DNA of 64,000 bases, taken from Anaerolineae bacterium. Its GTDB lineage: Bacteria > Chloroflexota > Anaerolineae > 4572-78 > NAK82. The translations under genes were made by a program, and so were the position numbers. This document shows positions 9,609-19,601 of this stretch, one piece after another. Position 1 is the stretch's first letter; each line of letters starts with the position of its first letter. The notes beneath the pieces were generated by a model. It made no database searches. It was not told where the DNA came from and saw nothing but the letters and a program-made list of their open reading frames with translations. The stretch is from positions 2,327 to 66,326 of the forward strand of contig DAOTVI010000043.1 of NCBI GenBank assembly GCA_034436775.1, read 5' to 3'.

Positions 9609-10453
9609 TCCGCCTGAATTTCGAACTGCCTTCTCTGACTTTGGGAAAGTCTGCCGCTCTGGACGTCTCAAGCCCTTCCTCAGAGGAAGATTCATACGCG
9701 CTCGAGGTGCGTGACTTAAATGTCTATTACGGCAGCTTTCGCGCCGTCAAAGATATCAATCTGAAGCTCCCCAAGCGTAAAATCACCGCGTTTATCGGCC
9801 CTTCCGGTTGTGGCAAAAGCACTTTGCTGCGCACCTTCAATCGGATGAATGACCTGATACCCGGCGTGCGCGTCGAGGGGGAAGTGTTATTCAACGGGCA
9901 TAATATCTACGCACCAGGAGTGGACGCTGTTGAAGTCAGGCGACGCATCGGAATGGTGTTTCAGAAGCCCAATCCCTTCCCCAAGAGCATCTACGAAAAC
10001 ATCGCCTGGGGAGCACGCATCAACGGATACCGTGGCAATATGGACGAGTTGGTGGAACAGACGCTCCGCCAGGCTGCTCTGTGGGATGAGGTCAAGGACA
10101 AGCTGTACCAAAGCGGTCTCTCGCTTTCCGGAGGACAGCAGCAGCGTTTATGCATCGCCCGTGCGATTGCCATCAAGCCGGAGATCATTCTGATGGACGA
10201 GCCAGCCTCGGCACTTGACCCGATCTCGACACTTAAAATTGAGGAGCTGATGCGCCATCTCGCCGAGAATTACACGATCGTCGTGGTCACTCATAACATG
10301 CAACAGGCTGCGCGCATTTCGGACTATACCGCCTTCCTGATGATGGACGAGGATCGCGCCGGCTATTTGGTCGAATATGGGACAACCGCGCAGATTTTCA
10401 CCAATCCACGCGAAAAGGCCACTGAAGATTACATCACCGGGCGCTTCGGATGA
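9605..10453 (+). CDS. pstB: Phosphate import ATP-binding protein PstB
   Basis: The track ORF 9287-10453 is over-extended. ATG at 9605 overlaps the pstA stop. Walker [10 protein letters not shown], signature LSGGQQQR, and [19 protein letters not shown]-terminus. Confidence 0.95.
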   Translation: MIRLNFELPSLTLGKSAALDVSSPSSEEDSYALEVRDLNVYYGSFRAVKDINLKLPKRKITAFIGPSGCGKSTLLRTFNRMNDLIPGVRVEGEVLFNGHNIYAPGVDAVEVRRRIGMVFQKPNPFPKSIYENIAWGARINGYRGNMDELVEQTLRQAALWDEVKDKLYQSGLSLSGGQQQRLCIARAIAIKPEIILMDEPASALDPISTLKIEELMRHLAENYTIVVVTHNMQQAARISDYTAFLMMDEDRAGYLVEYGTTAQIFTNPREKATEDYITGRFG

Positions 10454-10546
10454 TCGGACATCACACCTTTGCCTTGAGAAAAAAGTTTCATTTGGAAAGT
10501 GCGTACAGTGGGCCTGAGAGGTTACCTGAAACAAAGTGAGGCCACA

Positions 10547-11227
10547 ATGCCCAGACAAACTTTTGAACGTGAGTTGCAACGCCTTCAGGACGAATTGCTC
10601 GTCCTGGGCAGCATGGTGGAACATGCGATTGCCGATTCCGTTGATGCGCTCAAAAAGCGCGATCTGGAATGGTCTCGTCAGCTGGTTGCCGACGATCGCC
10701 TGATCAACGAGAAACGCTTCCAGATTGAAGCGGACGTGCTGACCTTGATCGCCACCCAACAGCCCATCGCTGGTGATTTGCGGGTGTTGGCCTCGACTCT
10801 TGAGATCGCAGCTGAGTTAGAACGGATGGGTGACTACGCCAAAGGGATCGCCAAAATCAGCTTAATGATCGGCGAGGAGCCGCTCATCAAGCCCCTGATC
10901 GATATACCGCGTATGGCAGCCAAAGCACGCGAAATGCTCCACCGCGCCTTGGATGCCTTTGTGCGGCGTGACATCGAGGCGGCGCGTGCGATACCCGCCG
11001 AAGACGATGAGGTGGACAACCTCTACAACCAAGTCTATCGTGAGCTGATTACGTTGATCTTGGCCAATCCCAAAAACATCGACCAGGCCAATCATCTGCT
11101 GTGGGCGGCCCATAACCTGGAGCGCACGGCGGATCGGGTGACAAACATCTGCGAGCGCGTTATCTTCACCGTCACCGGCCAGATGCTCGAAATCGGCAAA
11201 GAACACAGCGGCTATCGGCTCGGCTGA
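10547..11227 (+). CDS. phoU: Phosphate signalling/transport accessory protein PhoU
   Basis: AGTGAGG RBS then ATG at 10547. Two PhoU repeats (ERMGDYAKGIA and LERTADRVTNICE). Confidence 0.9.
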   Translation: MPRQTFERELQRLQDELLVLGSMVEHAIADSVDALKKRDLEWSRQLVADDRLINEKRFQIEADVLTLIATQQPIAGDLRVLASTLEIAAELERMGDYAKGIAKISLMIGEEPLIKPLIDIPRMAAKAREMLHRALDAFVRRDIEAARAIPAEDDEVDNLYNQVYRELITLILANPKNIDQANHLLWAAHNLERTADRVTNICERVIFTVTGQMLEIGKEHSGYRLG

Positions 11228-11275
11228 GCGCAGCACAGGCAGCGACCTCTGAAAATCCGACGAGGCGAACACGCT

Positions 11276-11305
11276 GGTTTGCGAAGAAGCGCAAACCGTT
11301 GTTTG
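11276..11305 (+). terminator. Rho-independent terminator candidate after phoU
   Basis: GGTTTGCG (11276-11283) and CGCAAACC (11290-11297) around a 6-nt loop, followed by the T-rich run GTTGTTTGTGTGG. Confidence 0.5.
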
Positions 11306-11460
11306 TGTGGGGACGGCCAGTCCATCCCTTGGCTTCTCGGGAGTGTTTCTCATCTTATGTTTGACGGACGCCCGTCCGATCGCGATCTTCCGAGCGCGCC
11401 CCACCCCTATTAGTGTGCACCTGAGCCCGGGTTCCCAACAGGATTTTGGGGAGACAAAGT

Positions 11461-11563
11461 CACTCAGGAGAGTGTTGAAAAAGTCTCTGGACCGCTCAGA
11501 TTTTTATAGGAAAATGGGCCAATAAAGCGGGTAACTAAAGACTTTTCAACACCCTCCACTCAG
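11461..11563. mobile_element. MITE-like miniature element: 89-bp body with about 19-bp terminal inverted repeats, flanked by a 7-bp direct duplication
   Basis: CACTCAG occurs at 11461-11467 and again at 11557-11563. Left end is GAGAGTGTTGAAAAAGTCT (11468-11486). The reverse complement of the right end (11539-11556) is GAGGGTGTTGAAAAGTCT, differing by 1 mismatch and 1 indel. The core is AT-rich and has no coding capacity. Confidence 0.5.
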
Positions 11564-11568
11564 CCAGA

Positions 11569-11597
11569 TTGCCCGGTGGTCTCCCGGCTGGTATAAT
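11569..11597 (+). promoter_or_regulatory. sigma70-type promoter candidate for dcd-rnz
   Basis: TTGCCC (11569-11574), 17-nt spacer, TATAAT (11592-11597). Lies about 50 nt upstream of the dcd ATG. Confidence 0.4.
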
Positions 11598-11648
11598 TGC
11601 CTGCTAACCCGTTTCATTCATTACCTTCCTGCAGGGGGTGCCGAGGCA

Positions 11649-12230
11649 ATGGGTATTAAGCCTGACCACTGGATTGAAAAGATGGCCTTGGAACACCGGA
11701 TGATCGAACCCTTCGAGCCCAAGCAGGTCAGCGCTGGGGTTGTGTCCTATGGCCTCTCCTCATATGGGTACGATATCCGCGTCGCGGATGAATTTAAGAT
11801 ATTCACCAATGTGTTCACCACCGTGGTGGATCCTAAGCACTTCGATGACCGCTCGTTTGTGGAGTTCAAAGGTGAGATCTGCACAATTCCACCCAACTCC
11901 TTCGCGCTGGCACGCACAGTCGAGTATTTTCGCATTCCGCGCGACGTGTTGACCATCTGCGTGGGCAAATCCACCTACGCGCGTTGTGGCATCATCGTCA
12001 ATGTCACCCCATTTGAGCCGGAGTGGGAAGGTTATGCCACGCTCGAAATCTCCAACACGACCCCCTTGCCGGCACGCATTTATGCCAATGAAGGCATCGC
12101 CCAGGTCATCTTCTTCCAGGCGAGTGAGGTGTGTCGGGTATCGTACGCGGATAAGAAGGGTCGCTATCAGCGCCAGATGGGGATCACGCTGCCTCAGGTG
12201 ACCCCGAGCGCCACCGCCAATCGTGCATAG
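11649..12230 (+). CDS. dcd: dCTP deaminase
   Basis: [22 protein letters not shown]...SYGYDIRV...[10 protein letters not shown]...EGIAQVIF, typical of Dcd. Confidence 0.9.
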   Translation: MGIKPDHWIEKMALEHRMIEPFEPKQVSAGVVSYGLSSYGYDIRVADEFKIFTNVFTTVVDPKHFDDRSFVEFKGEICTIPPNSFALARTVEYFRIPRDVLTICVGKSTYARCGIIVNVTPFEPEWEGYATLEISNTTPLPARIYANEGIAQVIFFQASEVCRVSYADKKGRYQRQMGITLPQVTPSATANRA

Positions 12231-13148
12231 ATGTTTGAAATCGTCTTTCTCGGCACGTCTGCAAGCGCGCCCAGCGTCCATCGTGGACTTTCCTCTCAGG
12301 TGGTCCTATACAACGAACATCGCTTCTTGATCGACTGCGGTGAAGGCACCCAGCGTCAGGTGCTGAAAAGCGGCCTGGGATTCAAGCGGCTGGACAAGAT
12401 TCTGATCACCCATGGTCATCTGGATCACATTTTGGGTCTGGGTGGTCTGATCTCGACCTTTAGCCGCTGGGAAGCAATCGAACATGTGGAGATTTACGCA
12501 GGTCATTGGGCGTTAGAACGCGTGAAAGACTTGCTCCTGGGGGTCGTGTTACGGGGCGAACGCACTGCGTTGCGCATCGACTTCATTCCGCTCGAACCAG
12601 GGATCTTGATGGAAGACGACAAATTCCAGTTGCGCGTGTTCCCCGTCTCGCACCGTGGCCCGGACTGTTATGGTTTTTCCTTTGAGGAGAAACCCCATCG
12701 TCCTTTCCTGGTTGAGAAGGCAGAAGCACTGGGGGTGCCCGCTGGACCGGAGCGCGGCCAGTTGGTGCGCGGGAACAGCATCACCCTCAAAGATGGGCGC
12801 ATCATCACACCTGACCAGGTGTTGGGCGAGCCAATCCCCGGGGCGAAGCTGGTCTTTGTGGGGGATGCAGGACGCACGGACAATTTGGTGCACGAAGTGG
12901 AAGGTGCTGATCTGCTGGTGATCGAAGCCACCTATCTGGAGATCGAAGCGGACATCGCGCGCCAGTTCGGACATCTCACCGCCGCCCAGGCAGCCCGACT
13001 CGCTGCCGAAGCGCATGTACGCCAACTGTGTCTGACGCATATCTCCCGTCGTTACCACGCCAGCGCGGTGTTGGCTGAGGCACAAGCTATCTTTCCCAAC
13101 ACGTGTGTCGCAAATGACTTCGACCACTTTAAAGTCAGTCGCCGCTGA
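12231..13148 (+). CDS. rnz: Ribonuclease Z (metallo-beta-lactamase fold)
   Basis: The ATG directly abuts the dcd stop. [10 protein letters not shown]...[11 protein letters not shown]...[12 protein letters not shown] motif set. Confidence 0.85.
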   Translation: MFEIVFLGTSASAPSVHRGLSSQVVLYNEHRFLIDCGEGTQRQVLKSGLGFKRLDKILITHGHLDHILGLGGLISTFSRWEAIEHVEIYAGHWALERVKDLLLGVVLRGERTALRIDFIPLEPGILMEDDKFQLRVFPVSHRGPDCYGFSFEEKPHRPFLVEKAEALGVPAGPERGQLVRGNSITLKDGRIITPDQVLGEPIPGAKLVFVGDAGRTDNLVHEVEGADLLVIEATYLEIEADIARQFGHLTAAQAARLAAEAHVRQLCLTHISRRYHASAVLAEAQAIFPNTCVANDFDHFKVSRR

Positions 13149-13184
13149 GCGCTTCACCCAAATGTTGCACGAGGCCATCGTGTC

Positions 13185-14015
13185 ATGAAGATTCAGCTAA
13201 TTGCCCTCGATTTAGATGGCACGTTGGTGGGACGTTCTATGGCGATACCGGAGCGCAATCGCGTTGCACTGCGCGCTGCGATGGCACAGGGTTGTCGGGT
13301 GACCATCGCCACGGGGCGTTCGCTTGTTCCCACCGATCGCTTCGCCCGAGAACTCGAACTGAACGCGCCGCTGATTTTGTATCAGGGTGCGCTGATCCAG
13401 GACTACCGGGATGGCATGGTGATCCATCGTCAGACGCTGCCGTTGTCTTTGGCACGCGAAATTGCCGCCTTCGCCGCTGCACGGCAGTGGGCTACCCAGG
13501 TCCATGCGGACGACGGCACGGCGTTCACCACCCGCACCAACCCGCTCGCCGCTCGGATGTCGGCCATCACCGGTGTATCGGCTACGCAGGTAGAAGACTT
13601 GGTGACCCAGCTCGACCGCCCCCCGCTCAAGTTTCTCTTCTTGGAGACACCGGAGGGCGCCTGTGAACTGATCCGGGAGCTGCGTGAACATTTTGGCGAG
13701 CACATCAATGTGGTGCGTTCACATGACTTGATCGTGGAAGTGACCGCCCCACAGGTGTCCAAAGGGCATGCGCTGGCCATCCTCGCGGCTCATTTAGGCA
13801 TTCCGCGCGCTGCGACGCTGGCAATAGGGGATCACGATAATGACGCCGAGATGTTGGCCTGGGCCGGTCTGGGCATCGCGATGCCCAATGCCAGCGCGAT
13901 GGCCCGGGCCGCTGCGGATATGGTCGCACCACCGCAATCGTCGTCACTCGACGGGCATGACGAAGCGGTCGCCTGGGCGGTTGAGCGATTCGTCTTGGAC
14001 ACACGCGCAGGTTAG
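13185..14015 (+). CDS. Cof-type HAD-IIB phosphatase
   Basis: IALDLDGTL N-terminal motif, SKGHAL, and GDHDNDAEML C-terminal motif. Confidence 0.85.
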   Translation: MKIQLIALDLDGTLVGRSMAIPERNRVALRAAMAQGCRVTIATGRSLVPTDRFARELELNAPLILYQGALIQDYRDGMVIHRQTLPLSLAREIAAFAAARQWATQVHADDGTAFTTRTNPLAARMSAITGVSATQVEDLVTQLDRPPLKFLFLETPEGACELIRELREHFGEHINVVRSHDLIVEVTAPQVSKGHALAILAAHLGIPRAATLAIGDHDNDAEMLAWAGLGIAMPNASAMARAAADMVAPPQSSSLDGHDEAVAWAVERFVLDTRAG

Positions 14016-14017
14016 CG

Positions 14018-15190
14018 ATGCGCATCGGGATTGACGCCAGCCGCGCGGTGCGTCTGGAGCAGACCGGCACTGAGCTCTACTCATATCACCTGATCCGTGC
14101 TCTGCTGCGTGTCCCGCAGGAGCATCACATCATCCTATATGCGCCTCGAGAGCTGCCCGCTGACATACTACCCGAAACGCGGGTAGATCAGACCGATGCG
14201 CCGCCGATCAGTCTCTCAGGCGCTGATACAAAGAGATGGACGGTGCGCACTATCCCTTTCCCGCGTCTCTGGACCCACGTTCGGCTCAATTGGGAGCTGC
14301 GACGTCATCCCCCCGATCTGCTCTTTATCCCGGCACACGTGATGCCGGTCGCGTGTCCGGTTCCGACGGTGGTCACGGTCCATGACCTGGGCTACCTGTA
14401 CTATCCAGAATCTCATCGCCCCTTTGACCGCTGGTATCTGCACTGGAGTACGTGCCGCCATGTGCGCCTGGCAGCCTACATCGTCGCCGATTCCGAGGCG
14501 ACTCGGCAAGATCTGGCCCGTCATTACGGAGCAGATCTGGCGCGCGTGCGGGTGATCTACCCTGGCTGCGATGAAACGCTGCACCGCGTCGAGGATGCAC
14601 AGATCATCGCAGCTGCAAAGGCGCGTTATCACATCGCGGGCGATTACATACTCTACCTGGGCACATTACAACCGCGCAAGAACCTGTCACGGCTCATCGA
14701 GGCCTTCGCGCGGGCGGATCTGTTATGGATTCCATCAGGAACGCAGAATCTGCAGCTGGTTCTGGCCGGGAAGAAAGGGTGGGATTATGATGCGTTGGTG
14801 CGCCTGGTCAACCGAATGGGTCTGCAGAACCGCGTTGTCTTTCCCGGCTATATTGCCCCTGAGGACAAAGCGGCGCTGCTCAGCGGGGCCAAGGCGTTGG
14901 TCTTTCCTTCCCTGTACGAAGGGTTCGGAATGCCCGTGTTGGAGGCGATGGTCTGCGGCGTTCCTGTCGTGACCTCACGTGTGTCCTCGCTGCCCGAAGT
15001 GGCAGGTGACGCTGCTGTGTTGGTGGATCCTTTGGACGTTGACAGCATTGCCGCCGGGCTGGGCCAGGTTCTCGGTCAGCCTGACTTGTGCCGCACGCTG
15101 GTGGAAAGGGGCTATCGCCAGGCCCGGAGATTCTCCTGGCAGGATGCTGCCCGACAGTTGTGGGAGGTGTTCGATTCGGCACACCGTTGA
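14018..15190 (+). CDS. Glycosyltransferase family 4 (GT-B, group 1)
   Basis: MRIGIDASR start. C-terminal motif FPSLYEGFGMPVLEAMVCGVPVVTS (the EX7E region). Confidence 0.85.
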   Translation: MRIGIDASRAVRLEQTGTELYSYHLIRALLRVPQEHHIILYAPRELPADILPETRVDQTDAPPISLSGADTKRWTVRTIPFPRLWTHVRLNWELRRHPPDLLFIPAHVMPVACPVPTVVTVHDLGYLYYPESHRPFDRWYLHWSTCRHVRLAAYIVADSEATRQDLARHYGADLARVRVIYPGCDETLHRVEDAQIIAAAKARYHIAGDYILYLGTLQPRKNLSRLIEAFARADLLWIPSGTQNLQLVLAGKKGWDYDALVRLVNRMGLQNRVVFPGYIAPEDKAALLSGAKALVFPSLYEGFGMPVLEAMVCGVPVVTSRVSSLPEVAGDAAVLVDPLDVDSIAAGLGQVLGQPDLCRTLVERGYRQARRFSWQDAARQLWEVFDSAHR

Positions 15191-15200
15191 CCTGTCGTCC

Positions 15201-15956
15201 GTGTATATTTTGGGTGTGCGGGTGGACTGCGTCACGTTTCAGCAGACGCTGGAACTGATCGAGACATTCATCGTGCAAGGCACACCCCACCAGATTGTCA
15301 CGGTTAACCCTGAATTCGTCATGATGGCCCAGCGCAACCTTACGTTTCGAAAGGTGATCAATCAGAGCGCGCTGGCGTTGCCGGATGGAATAGGGGTGTG
15401 GTGGGCAAGCCGCTACTTGGGATGTCCGGTCCCGGAGCGTGTGCCGGGTGTGGATCTGGTAGTGCGCCTGGCCCAGCTCTCGGCGTGCAAGGGTTACCGG
15501 ATGTATTTCCTCGGGGCGATGCCGGGTGTGGCGGCACGGGCGGCTGCTGTGCTCCAGCGGCGCTTCCCTGGTGCTGTGGTGGCGGGTAGCTACGCCGGGT
15601 CACCCCGGATCGAGGAAAATGCCGCGATCGTCCGGCGCATTCGGGCACAAAACCCTGACATTCTGTTCGTTGCCTTTGGCGCCCCGGCACAAGATCTGTG
15701 GATCGCGCGCAATCTGGCAGCGTTGAGGGTGCCGGTATGTGTAGGGGTGGGTGGCTCCTTCGATTATATTGCGGGTGTGCGCCCATTGGCGCCCCAATGG
15801 ATGCGCAAGATCGGGCTGGAATGGTTTTATAGGCTGATCACCCAACCATGGCGTTGGCGACGCATGCTTGCCTTGCCCCTTTTCGTGTGGTACGTGTTAT
15901 GGAGCAAGTCGAACTGGAAGATCTGTCATCCCGCCGACCCTCCATCTCATCTGTAG
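15201..15956 (+). CDS. WecB/TagA/CpsF-family glycosyltransferase (N-acetylmannosaminyltransferase-like)
   Basis: The track ORF 14979-15956 overlaps the GT4 gene. The GTG at 15201 gives VYILGVRVDCVTFQQTLELIE...IVTVNPEF...LPDGIGVWWASR, a typical family N-terminus. Confidence 0.8.
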   Translation: MYILGVRVDCVTFQQTLELIETFIVQGTPHQIVTVNPEFVMMAQRNLTFRKVINQSALALPDGIGVWWASRYLGCPVPERVPGVDLVVRLAQLSACKGYRMYFLGAMPGVAARAAAVLQRRFPGAVVAGSYAGSPRIEENAAIVRRIRAQNPDILFVAFGAPAQDLWIARNLAALRVPVCVGVGGSFDYIAGVRPLAPQWMRKIGLEWFYRLITQPWRWRRMLALPLFVWYVLWSKSNWKICHPADPPSHL

Positions 15957-15967
15957 GCCAGACTGTG

Positions 15968-17599
15968 ATGCCTGAAGAAAGACCGATGCTTGAGCCATCC
16001 CCACCGGGGAGCACCAGCGTCGCTGGAGCAGCTTCGCTGATTGCTCTGGGAAATGTTGCCAGTCGGGTGCTGGGGCTTGTCCGGGAGATGACGATCGCCT
16101 ATCTCTTCGGCGCAAGCGGGTTGGTCTCCGCCTTCGAAGTGGCCAGCCGTGTGCCGCGCATGCTGTTTGACCTGCTCATTGATGGATTGGTGAGCAGTGC
16201 GCTGGTGCCTGTCTTCTCGGAACTGGCCGAACGTGATCGGTGCGAGCTATGGCGCGTTGCCAGCCTGGTGCTGAGCTGGGTCGCTCTTGTGATGGGTTTG
16301 GCCCTGCTGGTGATGGAGATAGGCGCGCATCAAATCGCCTGGCTGATGTCGGGGGGGTTCGACGCGCAGCTGTTACAAACCACCGCATACCTGATGCGCC
16401 TGACCTCACCGGCGGTAGTCTTTCTCAGCCTTTCGGGTGTCACCACTGGCCTGCTGTATGCGCTCAAGCGTTTCACCCTGCCCGCATTTGCGGTTGCCGT
16501 CTTTAATGCTGGCCTGGTGCTGGTGGCGCTGATATTGGCCGGGTGGTTGGGGCTCGGCGTCGAGAGCTTGGCGGTGGGCATGGTGGTGGGCTCGGCCGCT
16601 CAGGTTGCGTTGCAGCTGCCAGGGCTGCGTGGGGCACGGTTGCGCTTCAGTGTGAACGTGCACCATCCGATGTTGCGGCGGATTATAAAGCTATATATAC
16701 CCATCGTCCTTGGTCTGGTGATCAGTCAGGTGGGCATTGTCATTGATCGCAATTTAGCCAGCCGCACGGGAGAACAGAGCATCGCATGGATGCGTTATGC
16801 CACCACTGTCGTACAGTTTCCGTTGGGACTCGTCTCGGCTGCGATTGCGATGGCAATCCTGCCCACGTTAAGCCGACTGGCGAGCCCGCCCAACCTGGCT
16901 CTCGGGGGTAGGGGTCGGCAAAAGCCCGCCGCGGAGTTTGCCGAGACGCTCAGCCGGGGCATTCGCATGGTGTTGGTGTTGATCCTCCCCGCCGTCGTGG
17001 GGTTGTTCACCATCGCGGAACCGCTGATCGCTTTGGTCTTCCAGCATGGCGACTTCACTGCTTATGATACACAGCAGACAGCGTTGGCATTGCGCCTCTA
17101 TCTGCTCGGCACTGCGTTCGCTGCGATCGATCTGCCACTGGTGTTCGCTTTTTACGCGCGCCAAAACACGCTCACCCCTGCACTGGTGGGCATGCTCGGC
17201 GTAGTCGTCTATTTAGTAGTTGCGTTGACGCCCGCCCTCTTCCGCGCGTTGCGCATGAGCGATCTGGTGCTTGCGAACTCGGCCCAGCTGACGGCCCACG
17301 CTATTGTGATGTTGTGGTTGACACACCGCGAAGTATCGTTAAGGGGACAAGGCCTGGAACATACCGTCGCGAAGGTGTTGCCGGCTGCTCTGGCTATGGG
17401 TGCTGTGACCTATCTTGTACAGCTGCAGCTACATTCTTATCTTCCCGGAGGAACTTTTCTGGAGAACCTTCTCATCGTCGCAGGTGCTGCCGTGGTGGGT
17501 TGTGGTGTTTATGGCGGTCTGCTGCTCCTTTTACACGTGGAAGAAGTGTATATGTTGCTTACTTTGGCACGACGCCCCTTTTTGCACTGGATGCGGTAG
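15968..17599 (+). CDS. murJ: Lipid II flippase MurJ/MviN
   Basis: The ATG at 15968 lies after the upstream stop (15956). GNVASRVLGLVREMTIAYLFGAS, with multiple TM segments throughout. Confidence 0.85.
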   Translation: MPEERPMLEPSPPGSTSVAGAASLIALGNVASRVLGLVREMTIAYLFGASGLVSAFEVASRVPRMLFDLLIDGLVSSALVPVFSELAERDRCELWRVASLVLSWVALVMGLALLVMEIGAHQIAWLMSGGFDAQLLQTTAYLMRLTSPAVVFLSLSGVTTGLLYALKRFTLPAFAVAVFNAGLVLVALILAGWLGLGVESLAVGMVVGSAAQVALQLPGLRGARLRFSVNVHHPMLRRIIKLYIPIVLGLVISQVGIVIDRNLASRTGEQSIAWMRYATTVVQFPLGLVSAAIAMAILPTLSRLASPPNLALGGRGRQKPAAEFAETLSRGIRMVLVLILPAVVGLFTIAEPLIALVFQHGDFTAYDTQQTALALRLYLLGTAFAAIDLPLVFAFYARQNTLTPALVGMLGVVVYLVVALTPALFRALRMSDLVLANSAQLTAHAIVMLWLTHREVSLRGQGLEHTVAKVLPAALAMGAVTYLVQLQLHSYLPGGTFLENLLIVAGAAVVGCGVYGGLLLLLHVEEVYMLLTLARRPFLHWMR

Positions 17600-17606
17600 T
17601 GTGAGG

Positions 17607-18524
17607 ATGAGCCTCGAACGCCTGGTGGTTGTCTTTCTAGATGGAGTCGGGCTGGGTGAGGCAGATCCGACCAAGAATCCCCTGGCTCGGGCGGATATGC
17701 CTGTCGTGCGATCTCTGCTGGAGGGCGGACGTCTGGTGCGCGAACAAGCAGGGACGGTCACGCGCCACGCCAGCTTGTTGGCATTGGATGCGCGCTTGGG
17801 CGTCCCTGGCCTACCGCAGAGCGGCACCGGCCAGACCACGTTGCTGACCGGAGTGAATGCACCTGCACTGTTGGGGTATCATGATGGTCCCTATCCTAAC
17901 CAACAGTTGCGTGCCCTGTTGGACCGCGGAAATCTATTTCGCTCGTTCCTGGCCTCTGGTCATCCCGTTGCTTATGCCAATGCTTACACCGACCGCTTTC
18001 TACATCGCATTGACAGGGGAACGCAGCGCCTGAGCGCGAACAGCTGGGCGGCCCTGCTGGCCGGTCTCACCTTGCGCGGTGCGCAAGAGCTGCAGGCAGG
18101 CCGAGCGGTTTCAGGGTTGCTCACGAATGACTATTTTCGTCAGCAGGGGTACAAAGTTCCTCTCATCACTCCAGAGCAGGCGGGTGGAAACCTCGCTTTG
18201 TTGGCGCGGGAGCACACATTGAGCTATTTTGAGTTCTGGATCACCGACCTGGCTGGACACCGACGGGATTGGGAGCTTGCCATCGACATATTGCAGCAGC
18301 TTGACCGTTTCCTCTCCGGCATCCTGAGCCATCTGGATCTAACGCGCTCAGCAGTGCTCGTCATCAGCGATCATGGCAATCTGGAGGATATGAGCACGCC
18401 ACGCCATACCCTCAATCCGGCTATGGCCCTGTTGACCGGTGCGCATCACGCCACGATGGCAGCGCAACTGAAGGATCTGACCGACGTGACACCGACGCTG
18501 CTGACCACCGTGACGCAGAAATAG
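17607..18524 (+). CDS. Alkaline-phosphatase-superfamily metalloenzyme (cofactor-independent phosphoglycerate mutase / phosphopentomutase-like)
   Basis: GAGG RBS then ATG at 17607. FLDGVGLG, QSGTGQTTLLTG, DLAGH and SDHGNLED metal/nucleophile motifs. The track ORF 17415- is over-extended into murJ. Confidence 0.7.
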   Translation: MSLERLVVVFLDGVGLGEADPTKNPLARADMPVVRSLLEGGRLVREQAGTVTRHASLLALDARLGVPGLPQSGTGQTTLLTGVNAPALLGYHDGPYPNQQLRALLDRGNLFRSFLASGHPVAYANAYTDRFLHRIDRGTQRLSANSWAALLAGLTLRGAQELQAGRAVSGLLTNDYFRQQGYKVPLITPEQAGGNLALLAREHTLSYFEFWITDLAGHRRDWELAIDILQQLDRFLSGILSHLDLTRSAVLVISDHGNLEDMSTPRHTLNPAMALLTGAHHATMAAQLKDLTDVTPTLLTTVTQK

Positions 18525-18626
18525 CTGGGCCATACGAACTTCATCATTTATCAGAGTTGCCGAGCGTTTCTTCGTTTTGACATCTGGCGATGTGACTTAA
18601 GGTACAGAGCCGTCCGACGCACTTTA

Positions 18627-18655
18627 TTGACAAAGCGCCGAAGGCGTGTATGAAT
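18627..18655 (+). promoter_or_regulatory. sigma70-type promoter candidate for the garR-like gene
   Basis: TTGACA (18627-18632), 17-nt spacer, ATGAAT (18650-18655). AAGGAGG RBS precedes the ATG at 18693. Confidence 0.4.
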
Positions 18656-18692
18656 CTCTCTAAAGCGTTTTTCAGCAAGGAGGAAATATCCG

Positions 18693-19601
18693 ATGCAACC
18701 GCGCGTTGGTTTTATTGGCCTGGGGATTATGGGACGCCATATGGCAAATCATCTGCTCAACGCAGGCTATCCGCTGGTCGTATACGATATCATGCCGCAG
18801 GCTATGGAAAGCGCACTCAACGCCGGCGCCCAGGCGGGCAGTTCGTGCAAGGATGTAGCCGCACGCAGTGATATCGTCATTTCGATGGTGCCCGATTCGC
18901 CCGATGTCGAAGCGGTGGCGTTGGGAGAGGAGGGTATCATTGCGGCGGCACGGCCTGGATTGATCTATATTGATATGAGCACCATCGCACCGCAGACGGC
19001 CATCAAGGTGGCCGAAGTGCTGGGCCAGAAGGGAGTGCGTTGTCTCGATGCACCAGTGAGCGGCGGCGAGGTAGGCGCCCGGACGGCCACTCTTTCCATT
19101 ATGGTCGGCGGACCCAAGGAGCTGTTTGACGAGATGCTGCCGTTGTTTCAAGTGCTGGGCAAGACGGTGACCTATTGTGGCACCCACGGCGCAGGCCAGA
19201 CGGTCAAAGCTTGCAATCAGATTCAGGTGGCGCTCAATTTTGTCGGCATGGCTGAGGCATTGGTGCTGGGTGCCAAGGCGGGTGTGGATCCGGCCATCAT
19301 CCTGAAAGTGCTGAGCGCCGGCTACGCTCAAACGCGTGTGATGGATGTGCGCGGCCCTAAAGTGATCAAGGGAGAATTCGAACCAGGTTTCAAGAGCAAG
19401 TTTCACTACAAAGACCTGAACATCATCATGGCGACGGCGCGCGACCTGCAGGTCCCGCTGCCTGCCACGGCAATTGCCCATGAGCTGTTTAGTGCCTTGC
19501 TGGCTGCAGGCCGTGGTGAGCTGGATCATTCCGCTGTCATCACCGTGTTGGAGGATTTGGCAGGTGTCAAGGCGCGCACGTCACAGGTGACTCAGGACTG
19601 A
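18693..19601 (+). CDS. 2-hydroxy-3-oxopropionate (tartronate semialdehyde) reductase / 3-hydroxyisobutyrate dehydrogenase family
   Basis: VGFIGLGIMGRHMANHL Rossmann start, DAPVSGGEVGA, and GAGQTVKACNQ. Confidence 0.85.
   Translation: MQPRVGFIGLGIMGRHMANHLLNAGYPLVVYDIMPQAMESALNAGAQAGSSCKDVAARSDIVISMVPDSPDVEAVALGEEGIIAAARPGLIYIDMSTIAPQTAIKVAEVLGQKGVRCLDAPVSGGEVGARTATLSIMVGGPKELFDEMLPLFQVLGKTVTYCGTHGAGQTVKACNQIQVALNFVGMAEALVLGAKAGVDPAIILKVLSAGYAQTRVMDVRGPKVIKGEFEPGFKSKFHYKDLNIIMATARDLQVPLPATAIAHELFSALLAAGRGELDHSAVITVLEDLAGVKARTSQVTQD

Noticed and set aside
11306-11460. About 155 bp of unassigned GC-rich sequence after the phoU terminator, with short complementary segments (GGACG/CGTCC, CTCGG/CCGAG). 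I considered it as a possible structured RNA (RNase P, SRP, 6S, tRNA).
   Set aside because: I could not find any of the conserved motifs of those RNA families on either strand. The pairings are short enough to be chance. It would need an Infernal/Rfam scan.
11307-11525. 72-aa ORF in the phoU-dcd intergenic region
   Set aside because: It reads through the left inverted repeat and the AT-rich core of the MITE-like element. It has no RBS and no recognisable motif.
18672-19529. Long antisense or alternate-frame ORFs opposite well-supported genes. This one is opposite the garR-like gene. The same applies to 2044-2901(+), 41192-42142(-), 42239-42979(-), 46424-47011(-), 55549-56376(-), 60223-60912(+) and 61791-62600(+).
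   Set aside because: Each lies fully inside a CDS that carries strong family motifs on the other strand or frame. Their translations are Arg/His/Gly/Ala-rich with no recognisable domains. This is typical of stop-codon-poor GC-rich DNA.
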